DNA from: Macrostomum lignano
Taxonomy: Eukaryota
Direction of reading: 5' to 3'
Assembly: GCA_002269645.1 (NCBI GenBank)
Contig: NIVC01001367.1
Span: forward strand, 62,001 to 126,000
DNA length: 64,000 bases
The notes under the pieces are model-generated. The model did not search any database. It saw only the letters and a list, made by a program, of their open reading frames with translations, and was not told the DNA's origin. Positions 1 to 11,400 of this stretch are shown here, one piece after another (the stretch's first letter is position 1; the number at the start of each line of letters is the position of its first letter). A program made the position numbers and the translations under genes.

Positions 1-189
1 TGCCGGCTTCCCCCGCACACCTGCGCTGCTCTGCCTGCCTGCTCTCTGGACAAGTAAGAGTGCAGTTCTGCAGAAATTTAGGAGCAGACTTGTTGCAGAA
101 AATTGCCACTGCATTTGTGCCCTCTTCGACAAGACATAAGAGGAAAATTCACTCACAGTCTTTGCTTGAGGCTGGTTTTCACTGCAAAA

Positions 190-3100
190 TGAGTTTGGCC
201 ACAGGTGAGTCACGTGTTTCTCATGAGTTTGGCCACAGGTGAGTCACGTGTTTCTCATGAGTCTGGCCACAGGTGAGTCACGTGTTTTGCATGAGTCTGT
301 CCACAGGTGAGTCACGTGTTTCACATGAGTCTGGCCACAGGTGAGTCACGTGTTTCTCATGAGTTTGGCCACAGGTGAGTCACGTGTTTCTCATGAGTCT
401 GGCCACAGGTGAGTCACGTGTTTTGCATGAGTCTGTCCACAGATGAGTCACGTGTTTTGCATGAGTTTGGCCACAGGTGAGTCGTCACGTGTTTTGCATG
501 AGTTTGGCCTCAGGTGAGTCACGTGTTTCTCATGAGTTTGGCCACAGGTGAGTCACGTGTTTCACATGAGTTTGGCCACAGGTGAGTCACGTGTTTCTCA
601 TGAGTCTGGCCACAGGTGAGTCACGTGTTTAGCATGAGTTTGGCCTCAGGTGAGTCACGTGTTTCTCATGAGTTTGGCCACAGGTGAGTCACGTGTTTCA
701 CATGAGTCTGGCCTCAGGTGAGTCACGTGTTTCTCATGAGTCTGGCCGCAGGTGAGTCACGTGTTTCTCATGAGTCTGGCCACAGGTGAGTCACGTGTTT
801 TGCATGAGTCTGGCCACAGGTGAGTCACGTGTTTTGCATGAGTTTGGCCACAGGTGAGTCACGTGTTTCTCATGAGTTTGGCCTCAGGTGAGTCGCGTGT
901 TTCTCATGAGTTTGGCCGCAGGTGAGTCGCATGTTTTGCATGAGTTTGGCCGCAGGTGAGTCGCGTGTTTTGCATGAGTTTGGCCGCAGGTGAGTCGCGT
1001 GTTTTGCATGAGTTTGGCCACAGGTGAGTCACGTGTTTCACATGAGTTTGGCCACAGGTAAGTCACGTGTTTCTCATGAGTCTGGCCACAGGTGAGTCAC
1101 GTGTTTAGCATGAGTTTGGCCTCAGGTGAGTCACGTGTTTCTCATGAGTTTGGCCACAGGTGAGTCACGTGTTTCACATGAGTCTGGCCTCAGGTGAGTC
1201 ACGTGTTTCTCATGAGTCTGGCCACAGGTGAGTCACGTGTTTTGCATGAGTTTGGCCACAGGTGAGTCACGTGTTTTGCATGAGTTAGGCCACAGGTGAG
1301 TCACGTGTTTCTCATGAGTTTGGCCTCAGGTGAGTCGCGTGTTTCTCATGAGTTTGGCCGCAGGTGAGTCGCATGTTTTGCATGAGTTTGGCCGCAGGTG
1401 AGTCGCGTGTTTCTCATGAGTTTGGCCGCAGGTGAGTCGCATGTTTTGCATGAGTTTGGCCGCAGGTGAGTCGCGTGTTTTGCATGAGTTTGGCCGCAGG
1501 TGAGTCACGTGTTTTGCATGAGTTTGGCCACAGGTGAGTCACGTGTTTCACATGAGTTTGGCCACAGGTGAGTCACGTGTTTCTCATGAGTCTGGCCACA
1601 GGTGAGTCACGTGTTTAGCATGAGTTTGGCCTCAGGTGAGTCACGTGTTTCTCATGAGTTTGGCCACAGGTGAGTCACGTGTTTCACATGAGTCTGGCCT
1701 CAGGTGAGTCACGTGTTTCTCATGAGTCTGGCCACAGGTGAGTCACGTGTTTTGCATGAGTCTGGCCACAGGTGAGTCGCGTGTTTCTCATGAGTTTGGC
1801 CGCAGGTGAGTCGCATGTTTTGCATGAGTTTGGCCGCAGGTGAGTCGCGTGTTTCTCATGAGTTTGGCCGCAGGTGAGTCGCATGTTTTGCATGAGTTTG
1901 GCCGCAGGTGAGTCGCGTGTTTCTCATGAGTTTGGCCGCAGGTGAGTCGCGTGTTTTGCATGAGTTTGGCCGCAGGTGAGTCGCATGTTTTGCATGAGTT
2001 TGGCCGCAGGTGAGTCGCATGTTTTGCATGAGTTTGGCCGCAGGTGAGTCGCGTGTTTTGCATGAGTTTGGCCGCAGGTGAGTCGCATGTTTTGCATGAG
2101 TTTGGCCACAGGTGAGTCACGTGTTTCACATGAGTTTGGCCACAGGTAAGTCACGTGTTTCTCATGAGTCTGGCCACAGGTGAGTCACGTGTTTAGCATG
2201 AGTTTGGCCTCAGGTGAGTCACGTGTTTCTCATGAGTTTGGCCACAGGTGAGTCACGTGTTTCACATGAGTCTGGCCTCAGGTGAGTCACGTGTTTCTCA
2301 TGAGTCTGGCCACAGGTGAGTCACGTGTTTTGCATGAGTCTGGCCACAGGTGAGTCACGTGTTTTGCATGAGTTTGGCCACAGGTGAGTCACGTGTTTCT
2401 CATGAGTTTGGCCTCAGGTGAGTCGCGTGTTTCTCATGAGTTTGGCCGCAGGTGAGTCGCATGTTTTGCATGAGTTTGGCCGCAGGTGAGTCGCGTGTTT
2501 CTCATGAGTTTGGCCGCAGGTGAGTCGCATGTTTTGCATGAGTTTGGCCGCAGGTGAGTCGCGTGTTTTGCATGAGTTTGGCCGCAGGTGAGTCGCATGT
2601 TTTGCATGAGTTTGGCCACAGGTGAGTCACGTGTTTCACATGAGTTTGGCCACAGGTGAGTCACGTGTTTCTCATGAGTCTGGCCACAGGTGAGTCACGT
2701 GTTTAGCATGAGTTTGGCCTCAGGTGAGTCACGTGTTTCTCATGAGTTTGGCCACAGGTGAGTCACGTGTTTCACATGAGTCTGGCCTCAGGTGAGTCAC
2801 GTGTTTCTCATGAGTCTGGCCACAGGTGAGTCACGTGTTTTGCATGAGTCTGGCCACAGGTGAGTCGCGTGTTTCTCATGAGTTTGGCCGCAGGTGAGTC
2901 GCATGTTTTGCATGAGTTTGGCCGCAGGTGAGTCGCGTGTTTTGCATGAGTTTGGCCACAGGTGAGTCACATGTTTTTCATGAGTTTGGCCGCAGGTGAG
3001 TTGCATGTTTTGCATGAGTTTGGCCGCAGGTGAGTCGCGTGTTTCTCATGAGTTTGGCCGCAGGTGAGTCGCGTGTTTTGCATGAGTTTGGCCGCAGGTG

Positions 3101-3535
3101 AGTCGCATGTTTTGCATGAGTTTGGCCGCAGGTGAGTCGCATGTTTTGCATGAGTTTGGCCTCAGGTGAGTCACGTGTTTCTCATGAGTTTGGCCGCAGG
3201 TGAGTCGCATGTTTTGCATGAGTTTGGCCGCAGGTGAGTCGCATGTTTTGCATGAGTTTGGCCGCAGGTGAGTCGCATGTTTTGCATGAGTTTGGCCGCA
3301 GGTGAGTCGCGTGTTTTGCATGAGTTTGGCCGCAGGTGAGTCGCGTGTTTCTCATGAGTTTGGCCGCAGGTGAGTCGCATGTTTTGCATGAGTTTGGCCG
3401 CAGGTGAGTCGCGTGTTTTGCATGAGTTTGGCCGCAGGTGAGTCGTGTGTTTTGCATGAGTTTGGCCGCAGGTGAGTCGCATGTTTTGCATGAGTTTGGC
3501 CGCAGGTGAGTCGCGTGTTTTGCATGAGTTTGGCC
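190..3535 (+). repeat. 34-bp minisatellite (~98 copies), unit CAGGTGAGTCACGTGTTTCTCATGAGTTTGGCCA
   Basis: Period of 34 read directly (GAGTCA at 241 and 275); variants CAC/CGC/CTC and TTTG/TCTG. Each unit contains CAG|GTGAGT. Confidence 0.97.
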
Positions 3536-4329
3536 CCAGATAAAAAAGCAAGGCAGGTACTACATTCATTTTCTGTTTAGTGCTAAGAACGATAAACTTG
3601 TCATCTCGCAAATGCATTTTGGGAGTGCAGCGATCCTTCTGCTTGAACTGCCCGTTGGTCGAGCTGAGAATATTAATAAAGCACTGGGAGTCCGAGTGTT
3701 CAAGTGCGGCAGCCCCCGAGTGCGAGCTCGGGGTCTGCAAGTGTCCGGGGCAGCTGCTGGAGCAGAAAATTCCCCCGCCAGGACGTGTCAAACAGGGGGC
3801 GGCCGCTCTGACAGCCGGGCCGCAAGTGTTTGCCGAAGAGGGGAGGCGCCAGCGGAATTGAATCAGACTCACCAGCGCTGAGCTGCTCGGGCATGGCCTG
3901 GCCGGGTCCCCGTGTCGCCTTGCTCTGCCGCGGTGCCGCCGTCCTGCCCCCCTGGGGAGCGGCCTGTTTTCCCCGAGTTGGACAGCGGGAGCGGGGAGGG
4001 CATGTGGCAGCTGATTTGCCGGCTTCCACAGGCGAATCCCCACAGAGCTGCGCGAAAGGGCAGAATTTGATGGGAACACAGAGAGGAGAAACGGAGGGGC
4101 CGAGCGCCTGTTTCCAAGGCAGGCAGCGAAAGGCAGAAGTGGAAGCGTGAATGGCTTTGCACTTTTAAGTTACTCGCATTCCGGGCTGCGATTTCGGAAT
4201 GCGGGGAGGGGGCTCGTTTTGCCAGGTCTTCTGTCTGCTGCAGAAATTGTTGCCCCTGCCAACTCGCCTTGCCTGATAGCCTCTTTGACTTCAAAGCAGA
4301 TGGGCTGCTTTTGATTTGCTCTGCTCCAG

Positions 4330-4583
4330 GGACTGAGCTCCATTTCAGACCGAATTTCTACTGGCCTGCTGCCAACTGCTGTATGACTGTCTGTCTGTCT
4401 GTCTGTCTGCCTATCTGTCTGTCTGCCAACTGCTGTATGACTGTCTGTCTGTCTGTCTGTCTGCCTATCTGTCTGTCTGCCAACTGCTGTATGACTGTCT
4501 GTCTGTCTGTCTGTCTGCCTATCTGTCTGTCTGCCAACTGCTGTATGACTGTCTGTCTGTCTATCTGTCTATCTGTCTGCCTA

Positions 4584-4654
<71 letters not shown>

Positions 4655-5134
4655 GGCTGTCTGTCTGTCTGTCTGTCTGTCTGTCTGCCTGGCTGTCTGT
4701 CTGTCTGTCTGTCTTAATGTCATAGTGTCTCTCCAGCTTAGTGCCCTAGTGTCTTTGCGCTTGTCTTAGTGTCCTACGGGTAGTGTCTATCTGTCTGTCT
4801 CTCTTGGTGTCCTGGTCTGTCTGTCCCAGTGTTTGCCTGTCAAGTAACAGCAAAAATGAATGGTGACAAAACTCACAATAATTTGTCAATTAGCAATAAA
4901 TTCTCCAGTTAAACATGACTTGTAGGCAGCCCACACGCCACAACGCACACTTATATAATTGAACCCGGGCTCGCGCAATCCTGGCAAAAACGCATTGAAA
5001 GCATTGCAAACAAAGCAAAGTTCGTGGCTGAGGATGAAGCAACGCGGAACACAACAGGCGGAGGGCGGCAGCGGGTAGCTGGCAGAACCGCTCGCCAGCA
5101 ACGACTGAGGAGCCAGAACGGGCAGCAGCATTAA
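4330..5134 (+). CDS. Putative last two exons of an unidentified plus-strand gene (4330-4380, 4926-5134), convergent with DDRGK1
   Basis: ctgctccag|GG...TGC T|gtatga and ttgtag|GC...CAT TAA are phase-1 compatible, giving GTELHFRPNFYWPAANCCSPHATTHTYIIEPGLAQSWQKRIESIANK...; AATAAA near 5201. A possible upstream exon ends at 204 (ACA G|gtgagt). No recognised homology. Confidence 0.35.
4371..4715 (+). repeat. 54-bp unit x4 followed by (CTGT)n microsatellite
   Basis: GCCAACTGCTGTATGA recurs at 4371, 4425, 4479 and 4533, then a long CTGT run. Confidence 0.95.
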
Positions 5135-5387
5135 ACATACGGATTACACAGCACAGTACGCAATTGAATCACAGCGGTCATCCAGTTAAAAACTGATCTC
5201 AATAAACCTGCATTCTGGAAAGCATCAAAAAAGTTTTTACCCAAGCCCAGCGCACCTGAGCGCGGTCTGATTACAATTGCAATGTCTGAGGCAGAAATTG
5301 CAATGCGAAATCTATCCAAAACTCAAATCTGCTTCTTCTGGACAGCAGGTGCTCCGATCCCGAAAAGTGAGCAGCCGAGCCGCATCA

Positions 5388-7438
5388 TCAGGCGGCCTCG
5401 CCCAGCTGCACCAGGCGGTTGGAGTTCTCCACCAGTTCCTGCAGGCTGACTTTGCCCCGCTGCCTGATGAAGGCGGTCACGGCCTCGTACTCCGCGCGGG
5501 TGATGTGCACAAACTTGCCGCGGTCGTCCAGCACGCCGGTGAGCCGCCCGGACTCCAGCAGGTCGCGCAGCCGCTGTGCGCAGTCGTCGGCACGCAGGCC
5601 GAATTCGTCAGCGAGCTCCTCCAGCTGCACCGACTTGCGCTGCTCGATCAGCGCCACGAACTCCGCCAGGGACCGCCCGGTCTCGTCTCCGTCCGCCTCG
5701 GCGCCCTCCTCCTCCACCGTGAACTCCGACCTGCGGGCAGCGGTCAAGTTGTCAGTCAGTCAGTCAGTCAGTCAGTCAGTCAGTCAGTCAGTCAGTCAGG
5801 CAGCCCCAGCCTACCGCAGTCTGGCGTATTCCTCCTCCTCTCTGCGACGCGCCTCCTCGCGCTCGGCGGCCTCGCGAGCCTCGGCGTCCGCCTCCTCGGC
5901 GGCTTCGTCTGCCTGCCGTTTCTGGCGCTCCTCGTCCTCGCGTTGGCGCCGCTCCAGGCGCTCCTTCTGCTCGCGCTCGCGCTCCTCCCGGCGAGCCTCC
6001 TTTTCGTCCAGCTTGCGCTGCTTCTTCACGCCCACCTTCTTGCCTGTGGGCACGGGCGGTGGGTCGGAGCGGTAAAACTGAGGGTGACCTGCGCCATGCT
6101 CGAAATTGCCAGTCAATCAGGATGCCAAAAGTGCGTCAGAAACAGTCAGTCATGATGTCAGGTGTCAGGAACAGCCAGTCATGATGTCAGGTGTCAGGAA
6201 CAGTCAGTCATGATGTCAAGTGTCAGGAACAGTCAGTCATGATGTCAGATGTCAGGAACAGCCAGTCATGATGTCAAGTGTCAGGAACAGTCAGTCATGA
6301 TGTCAAGTGTCAGGAACAGTCAGTCATGATGTCAGATGTCAGGAACAGTCAGTCATGATGTCAGATGTCAGGAACAGCCAGTCATGATGTCAAGTGTCAG
6401 GAACAGTCAGTCATGATGTCAAGTGTCAGGAACAGTCAGTCATGATGTCAGATGTCAGGAACAGTCAGTCATGATGTCAGGGATGTCGGGAAATGTCAGT
6501 CATGTCAGGTGTCAGGAACAGCTTATCAGGGTGTCAAGTGTGTCAGGAATAGGCAATAAGGGTGTCAAGTGTGTCAGGAATAGGCAATAAGGGTGTCAAG
6601 TGTGTCAGGAATAGGCAATAAGGGTGTCAAGTGTGTCAGGAACAGGCAATCAGGGTGTCAAGTGTGTCAGGAACAGGCAATCAGGAAGTCAAGTGTGTCA
6701 GGAACAGTCAGTCATGATGTCAGGGATGTCGGGAAATGTCAGTCATGTCAGGTGTCAGGAACAGCTTATCAGGGTGTCAAGTGTGTCAGGAATAGGCAAT
6801 AAGGGTGTCAAGTGTGTCAGGAATAGGCAATAAGGGTGTCAAGTGTGTCAGGAACAGGCAATCAGGGTGTCAAGTGTGTCAGGAACAGGCAATCAGGGTG
6901 TCAAGTGTGTCAGGAACAGTCAGTCATGATGTCAGGTGTCAGGAACAGCCAGTCATGATGTCAGGTGTCAGGAACAGTCAGTCATGATGTCAGGGATGTC
7001 GGGAAATGTCAGTCATGTCAGGTGTCAGGAACAGCTTATCAGGGTGTCAAGTGTGTCAGGAACAGGCAATCAGGTTATCAAAAGCAGCGCTGGCTCACCG
7101 CTCTGAGCCTTGGCCGCATCGCTGTCGGAGTCCGAGTCGGTGCCGGCGGCGGCCGCAGCCCTGGCCTCGGCTGGTGCGGCAGGCGCGGGCTCGGCGGCGG
7201 CGCCCTGGCGCATGCGGTCAGCAGCGGAGCGGCGCCCGGGCACCTGACGGCGCCTGACCTGCTGGCCGTCGGCCGCTGGCCGGGGCCGCGGCTGCCGCCG
7301 ACCGCCAACACCGCCGCCCGTCGCGACGTCGTCATCATCACCGCGGCGGAGACGCTTGCGCAGAAGCAGGAAGGCGGCCGCGGCCAGGGACACGAAGAAC
7401 ATGCCGGTCAGGAAGGTGTTCACGTATTCCAGACCCAT
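5388..7438 (-). CDS. DDRGK1: DDRGK domain-containing protein 1 (UFBP1, UFM1 ligase adaptor); exons 7438-7099, 6043-5815, 5730-5388; ~303 aa
   Basis: N-terminal TM (MGLEYVNTFLTGMFFVSLAAAAFLLL), charged helix (GKKVGVKKQRKLDEKEARR), and PCI/winged-helix with the signature GVLDDRGKFVHIT. GT-AG phases are consistent. Confidence 0.95.
5751..5799. repeat. (TCAG)n microsatellite filling DDRGK1 intron 2
   Basis: About 12 copies of GTCA inside the 84-nt intron 5731-5814. Confidence 0.95.
6142..7070. repeat. Composite ~29-35-bp minisatellite in DDRGK1 intron 1
   Basis: GTGTCAGGAACAGTCAGTCATGATGTCA and GTGTCAAGTGTGTCAGGAATAGGCAATAAGG units are interleaved. Confidence 0.93.
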
Positions 7439-7500
7439 GGCGGGGCTGCGGGATTGACGGGTGGGTTTTGAGTAACCCGAGTCTGATATGAGCAGGTATG

Positions 7501-7960
7501 CACTGACAGCTCAGACTGCACTATGCCAGACACTGACAGCTCAGCCTGCACTATGCCAGACACTGACAGCTCAGACTGCACTATGCCAGACACTGACAGC
7601 TCAGCCTGCACTATGCCAGACACTGACAGCTCAGCCTGGACTACGCCAGACACTGACAGCTCAAACTGCACTATGCCAGACACTGACTGCTCAGCCTGCA
7701 CTATGCCAGACACTGACTGCTCAGCCTGCACTATGCCAGACACTGACTGCTCAGCCTGCACTATGCCAGACACTGACTGCTCAGCCTGCACTATGCCAGA
7801 CACTGACAGCTCAGCCTGGACTACGCCAGACACTGACTGCTCAGCCTGCACTATGCCAGACACTGACTGCTCAGCCTGCACTATGCCAGACACTGACAGC
7901 TCAAACTGCACTATGCCAGACACTGACAGCTCAGACTGCACTATGCCAGACACTGACAGC
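7501..7960. repeat. 30-bp minisatellite (~15 copies) upstream of DDRGK1
   Basis: CACTGACAGCTCAGCCTGCACTATGCCAGA at 30-bp period. Confidence 0.96.
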
Positions 7961-8490
7961 CCATAGCAGACATCGAAGGAGGACACAGTAGACCCTTTAA
8001 GTCCACTAGCATACAGGTTAAGAGCCACTACTGAACATAATACTCATAAGAGTAGTATAAATGAGCAGCAAAGACACAGCCGAAAATTGTCAGGCGCATG
8101 CAGATATATTTATTATACTTTAGATAAAAACTAGCCGAACAAGCCTCGGGGCTATAAGAAAATGCAGCTGGGAGGGCGAGAGCGAAGCGCTCTGAAAATG
8201 CAGCAAGGAACACTTCAGCCGCAACTATTTGGCCAATTTTGAATAACGCAACTCAAATCATATGGAGATTTTGACGAGAAAAAGACCAGGAGCGACCATC
8301 AGGTGCTTTAAACGACTTTAGCGCGGGTCAGCTGATCCTGGGCTTGGAATCCTTCAGGGCCGCAGACTCCACAACAGGGCCAGCAGAATGGTTGTATTAG
8401 ACATAAGGCAACGGGATAAAAAGTGAACTAAAAATAACTGCAGTAACTGAACCGGACAGCCGCAACCGATTGCCGCAGACACCAGCGGAG

Positions 8491-11400
8491 TCAGCCCGGC
8501 ACCAGCACGATGCGCATTTTCTCCTCCGCATTGCCGCGCCCAGACGGTCGGCCAGAGTCGGACGGCTGCGCGTCGGCAATCAGGCGCTCCAGAGAGGCGC
8601 CGTCCGGATAGCGGCAGAGCTGGGCGTCGTACAGCCTCTCGTCGTCGGGCGCGCAGCCGAAGATGGTGGCGTACCAGACGGCGCTGCTGCTCATCAGGTG
8701 GCGAAAAGCTTCGACACTGCAGTTGGCGAGGCCGCCGGCTACGCGGAGCTGGTAGCCGCGCGGAGTCGGCTGGGCCAGGTGGACGGGCAGCGGCCGGGTT
8801 CGCCAGACCGGCACCTCGACCGAGAAGCCCAGGTCCACCAGGTACACGTCGATGAGGTCGGCGCCGATCAGCTCGCCGCCGCTGAGGCAGATGCCGCTCG
8901 GCTGAACCGTGGCGCGCCGCCAGCTGCCCTCGTAAAAGGCGCCGACGCACTGGTCGATGCAGCGGAAAAAGCGGTCGTCAGGGCCGCCAGGCGCCAGGTC
9001 GCAGTGGCTGGCCAAGGCGCGGTGAATGGTGCTCAGCTCCTCATCGTCTCCATGCAGCTGGGCGCTCACGACTCCGCCGGGCAGGGCGTTAGTCACGACG
9101 ACAATCACGCAGATTTCCTCCTCGCCATCGGGGAGCAGCGACGGCTGCGGCGGAAATTCGACCGGCACGGCGTCGTCGGACTTGGCGTCCGACCTCAGCA
9201 GCTCAAGCGCGGCTCGCTCCTCCTCCGGGTTGGCGTCGTCAACTCGGATGTGCGCGTTGCGGCACTGGTCGCCATAGTAACAGCTGCCGCGGCGGCGGAA
9301 GAACTCGCACACCTGGGCCGGTGGAGGCAGCGGGCGGCGCAGGCGGGCCTCCGTCTCGGCCAGGTAGGCGTCCAGCTCCCGCTCGCGGCAGTCGTCGGCG
9401 GCGTCATCCATGGACAAGTCGGCGTGACCGTTGACGGCGGGCTCGGGGGCACCCAGCAGCTCGGACAGGCTGCGGCCATCAACGGAGGAGATTCTGACGG
9501 AGATCGGCTCGTACAGCTCGTCAATCTGGGGCAAAGAAATCAGACTCAGACTTGTAGTGCAATTCACGGCTATGAGAGCCCCCCCCCGCCTCCAAGGCAG
9601 CTCAGCGGTAAATGCGTCTAAAAAACTCACGCCACGACCCCGGGTTCGACCCCTTGCGCGGCCACATTAATTTGCGGCTTGTGCACAAAACCCTAAGGCG
9701 CAGAGATTGTACATGTCTGCTGACGATTAGAAAGTCAAAGCTGATGTACACCCTGTGTGAGCGTCCCTGGGTACAGTATCTGCTGATGTACACCCAGTGT
9801 GAGCGTTCCTGGGTACAGTATCTGCTGATGTACACCCTGTGTGAGCGTCCCTGGGTACAGTATCTGCTGATGTACACCCTGTGTGAGCGTCCCTGGGTAC
9901 AGTATCTGCTGATGTACACCCTGTGTGAGCGTCCCTGGGTACAGTATCTGCGCACTTGTATGAGCTCAGGATTCAGCGAAAAGGGCAGGGTTGCCTTAGC
10001 GATGGTTGTAGGACGCGGGTGTCGCCAAAGGCATTGCGCCAGGGTGCTAACAACCCTCCTGCAGTTATTGCTAACCCGCAATGCTCACCTGGCCGCCAGC
10101 TGAACCGGAAGTGAAAAGCTGAAGCCGCACGCGCAGCAGCGATTCGTCGCCATCAACGAGGCCGCAGAGACGCCGGAGCGCCGGCATGAACTGCTCGGGC
10201 GCCGGACAGTAGCCAGCGTAGGTGAAGCGGCTGGTGAGCGGCGGCAGGCGGTAGAAGTCGCGGATGAGCGGCAGGAGGCTGTCAGGCGGCAGCTGGAAAG
10301 TCTCGCCACGGTCGAAGGCGAGCACGCGAACCGGCGCTTTGCCATTGGCGACCTGGTCGAAGTCAAGGGACAACGGCACCACACGCTCGTAGCCGCCGTC
10401 GGGCAGGCGGGCGCAAAATATTTTCTCTCCCGCAGCGTCGCCATTGACGTGGACCTCGCCATTGCCGTTCTCGAGTTGTTCGGCATCGTCGCCGTCATCG
10501 CCTTCGCCGTCGTCCGCACCGACGCTAACGGGGCCGGCCGCGCAGGACAGGAAGCGCAGAAGCATGCCGCCATCGTGCTTGGAGTACCAGTTCTGCAGCT
10601 CCGCCTGCTGCCAGTCGTACAGCTGGCCGACCTCTTGCACGGCCCTGAAGGCGCTGAAGCTGGCGGGGCCGTCGGCCTCAGTGATGAAGAACTCAACGGG
10701 CTCGCCGCCGGGCAGCAGATCCAGCAGCATGGGAGGCAGGAAGCGCAGGGCCGGCAAGCCGGGCCGAATGGGGACCCGGGGCTCCGGCATGACCAGCTCG
10801 ATGCTGAAGGGCGGCTCCAGCGGGTCGGCCTCCCTGTCCTGGGTGTCCTCGATTTCCTCCGAGTCCGAGTCATCGCCGAATGCGGCCGGGCGCAGCTGCT
10901 GGGGCTTGGGAAGCTCGAGCGACTGCTGCGGCGCCGGGCTTGGCGGCGACCTGCGGGTTGGTGCGGCAAAGGTTTTGAGAATTGATGAGAAGTCTGCTAA
11001 TTACAGGCACGGTACTCTGACATAAAACTGAGCAAAGCACAGCATCATCAATCGGTAAACTCACTCGACGCCGGGCCCATCCAGCCTCAAGTAGTTCGGC
11101 AGAATTGCGCTGAAGAACTCGCGGCTCAGCTGCTCGGTGGTGGGCTGCGCCTTGCACTTCTCGATTAGGAAGGCGCGCAGCGAATCGGCTGGGCTGATCA
11201 GCTGCACCCGGCTGCCCTCCAGCGGGCCCTCGAACACGGCCTCGATGGCATCGCCGATGCACTCCTCCGCTGCCTTCTTGGCGTCCGCGGTATCCTGCGG
11301 TACGAAGTCCCACTCCTCGAAGCTTTCGATTCGGCTGTTGGGCGGCAGCAGGCCGGACAGCAGGCAGACCGCGCACTGGGCGGGCAGGTCGGCAAATCGG

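Noticed and set aside
53-73. GTAAGA...CTGCAG as an intron
   Set aside because: Only 21 nt, too short for a spliceosomal intron, so the upstream structure of the putative plus-strand gene is unresolved.
884-4079. Numerous minus-strand ORFs over the first satellite
   Set aside because: Artefacts of the 34-bp repeat.
5277-11025. Long plus-strand ORFs opposite DDRGK1 and the Tudor gene (e.g. 5277-6155, 8470-9621, 10444-11025)
   Set aside because: Shadow ORFs of GC3-rich antisense coding exons.
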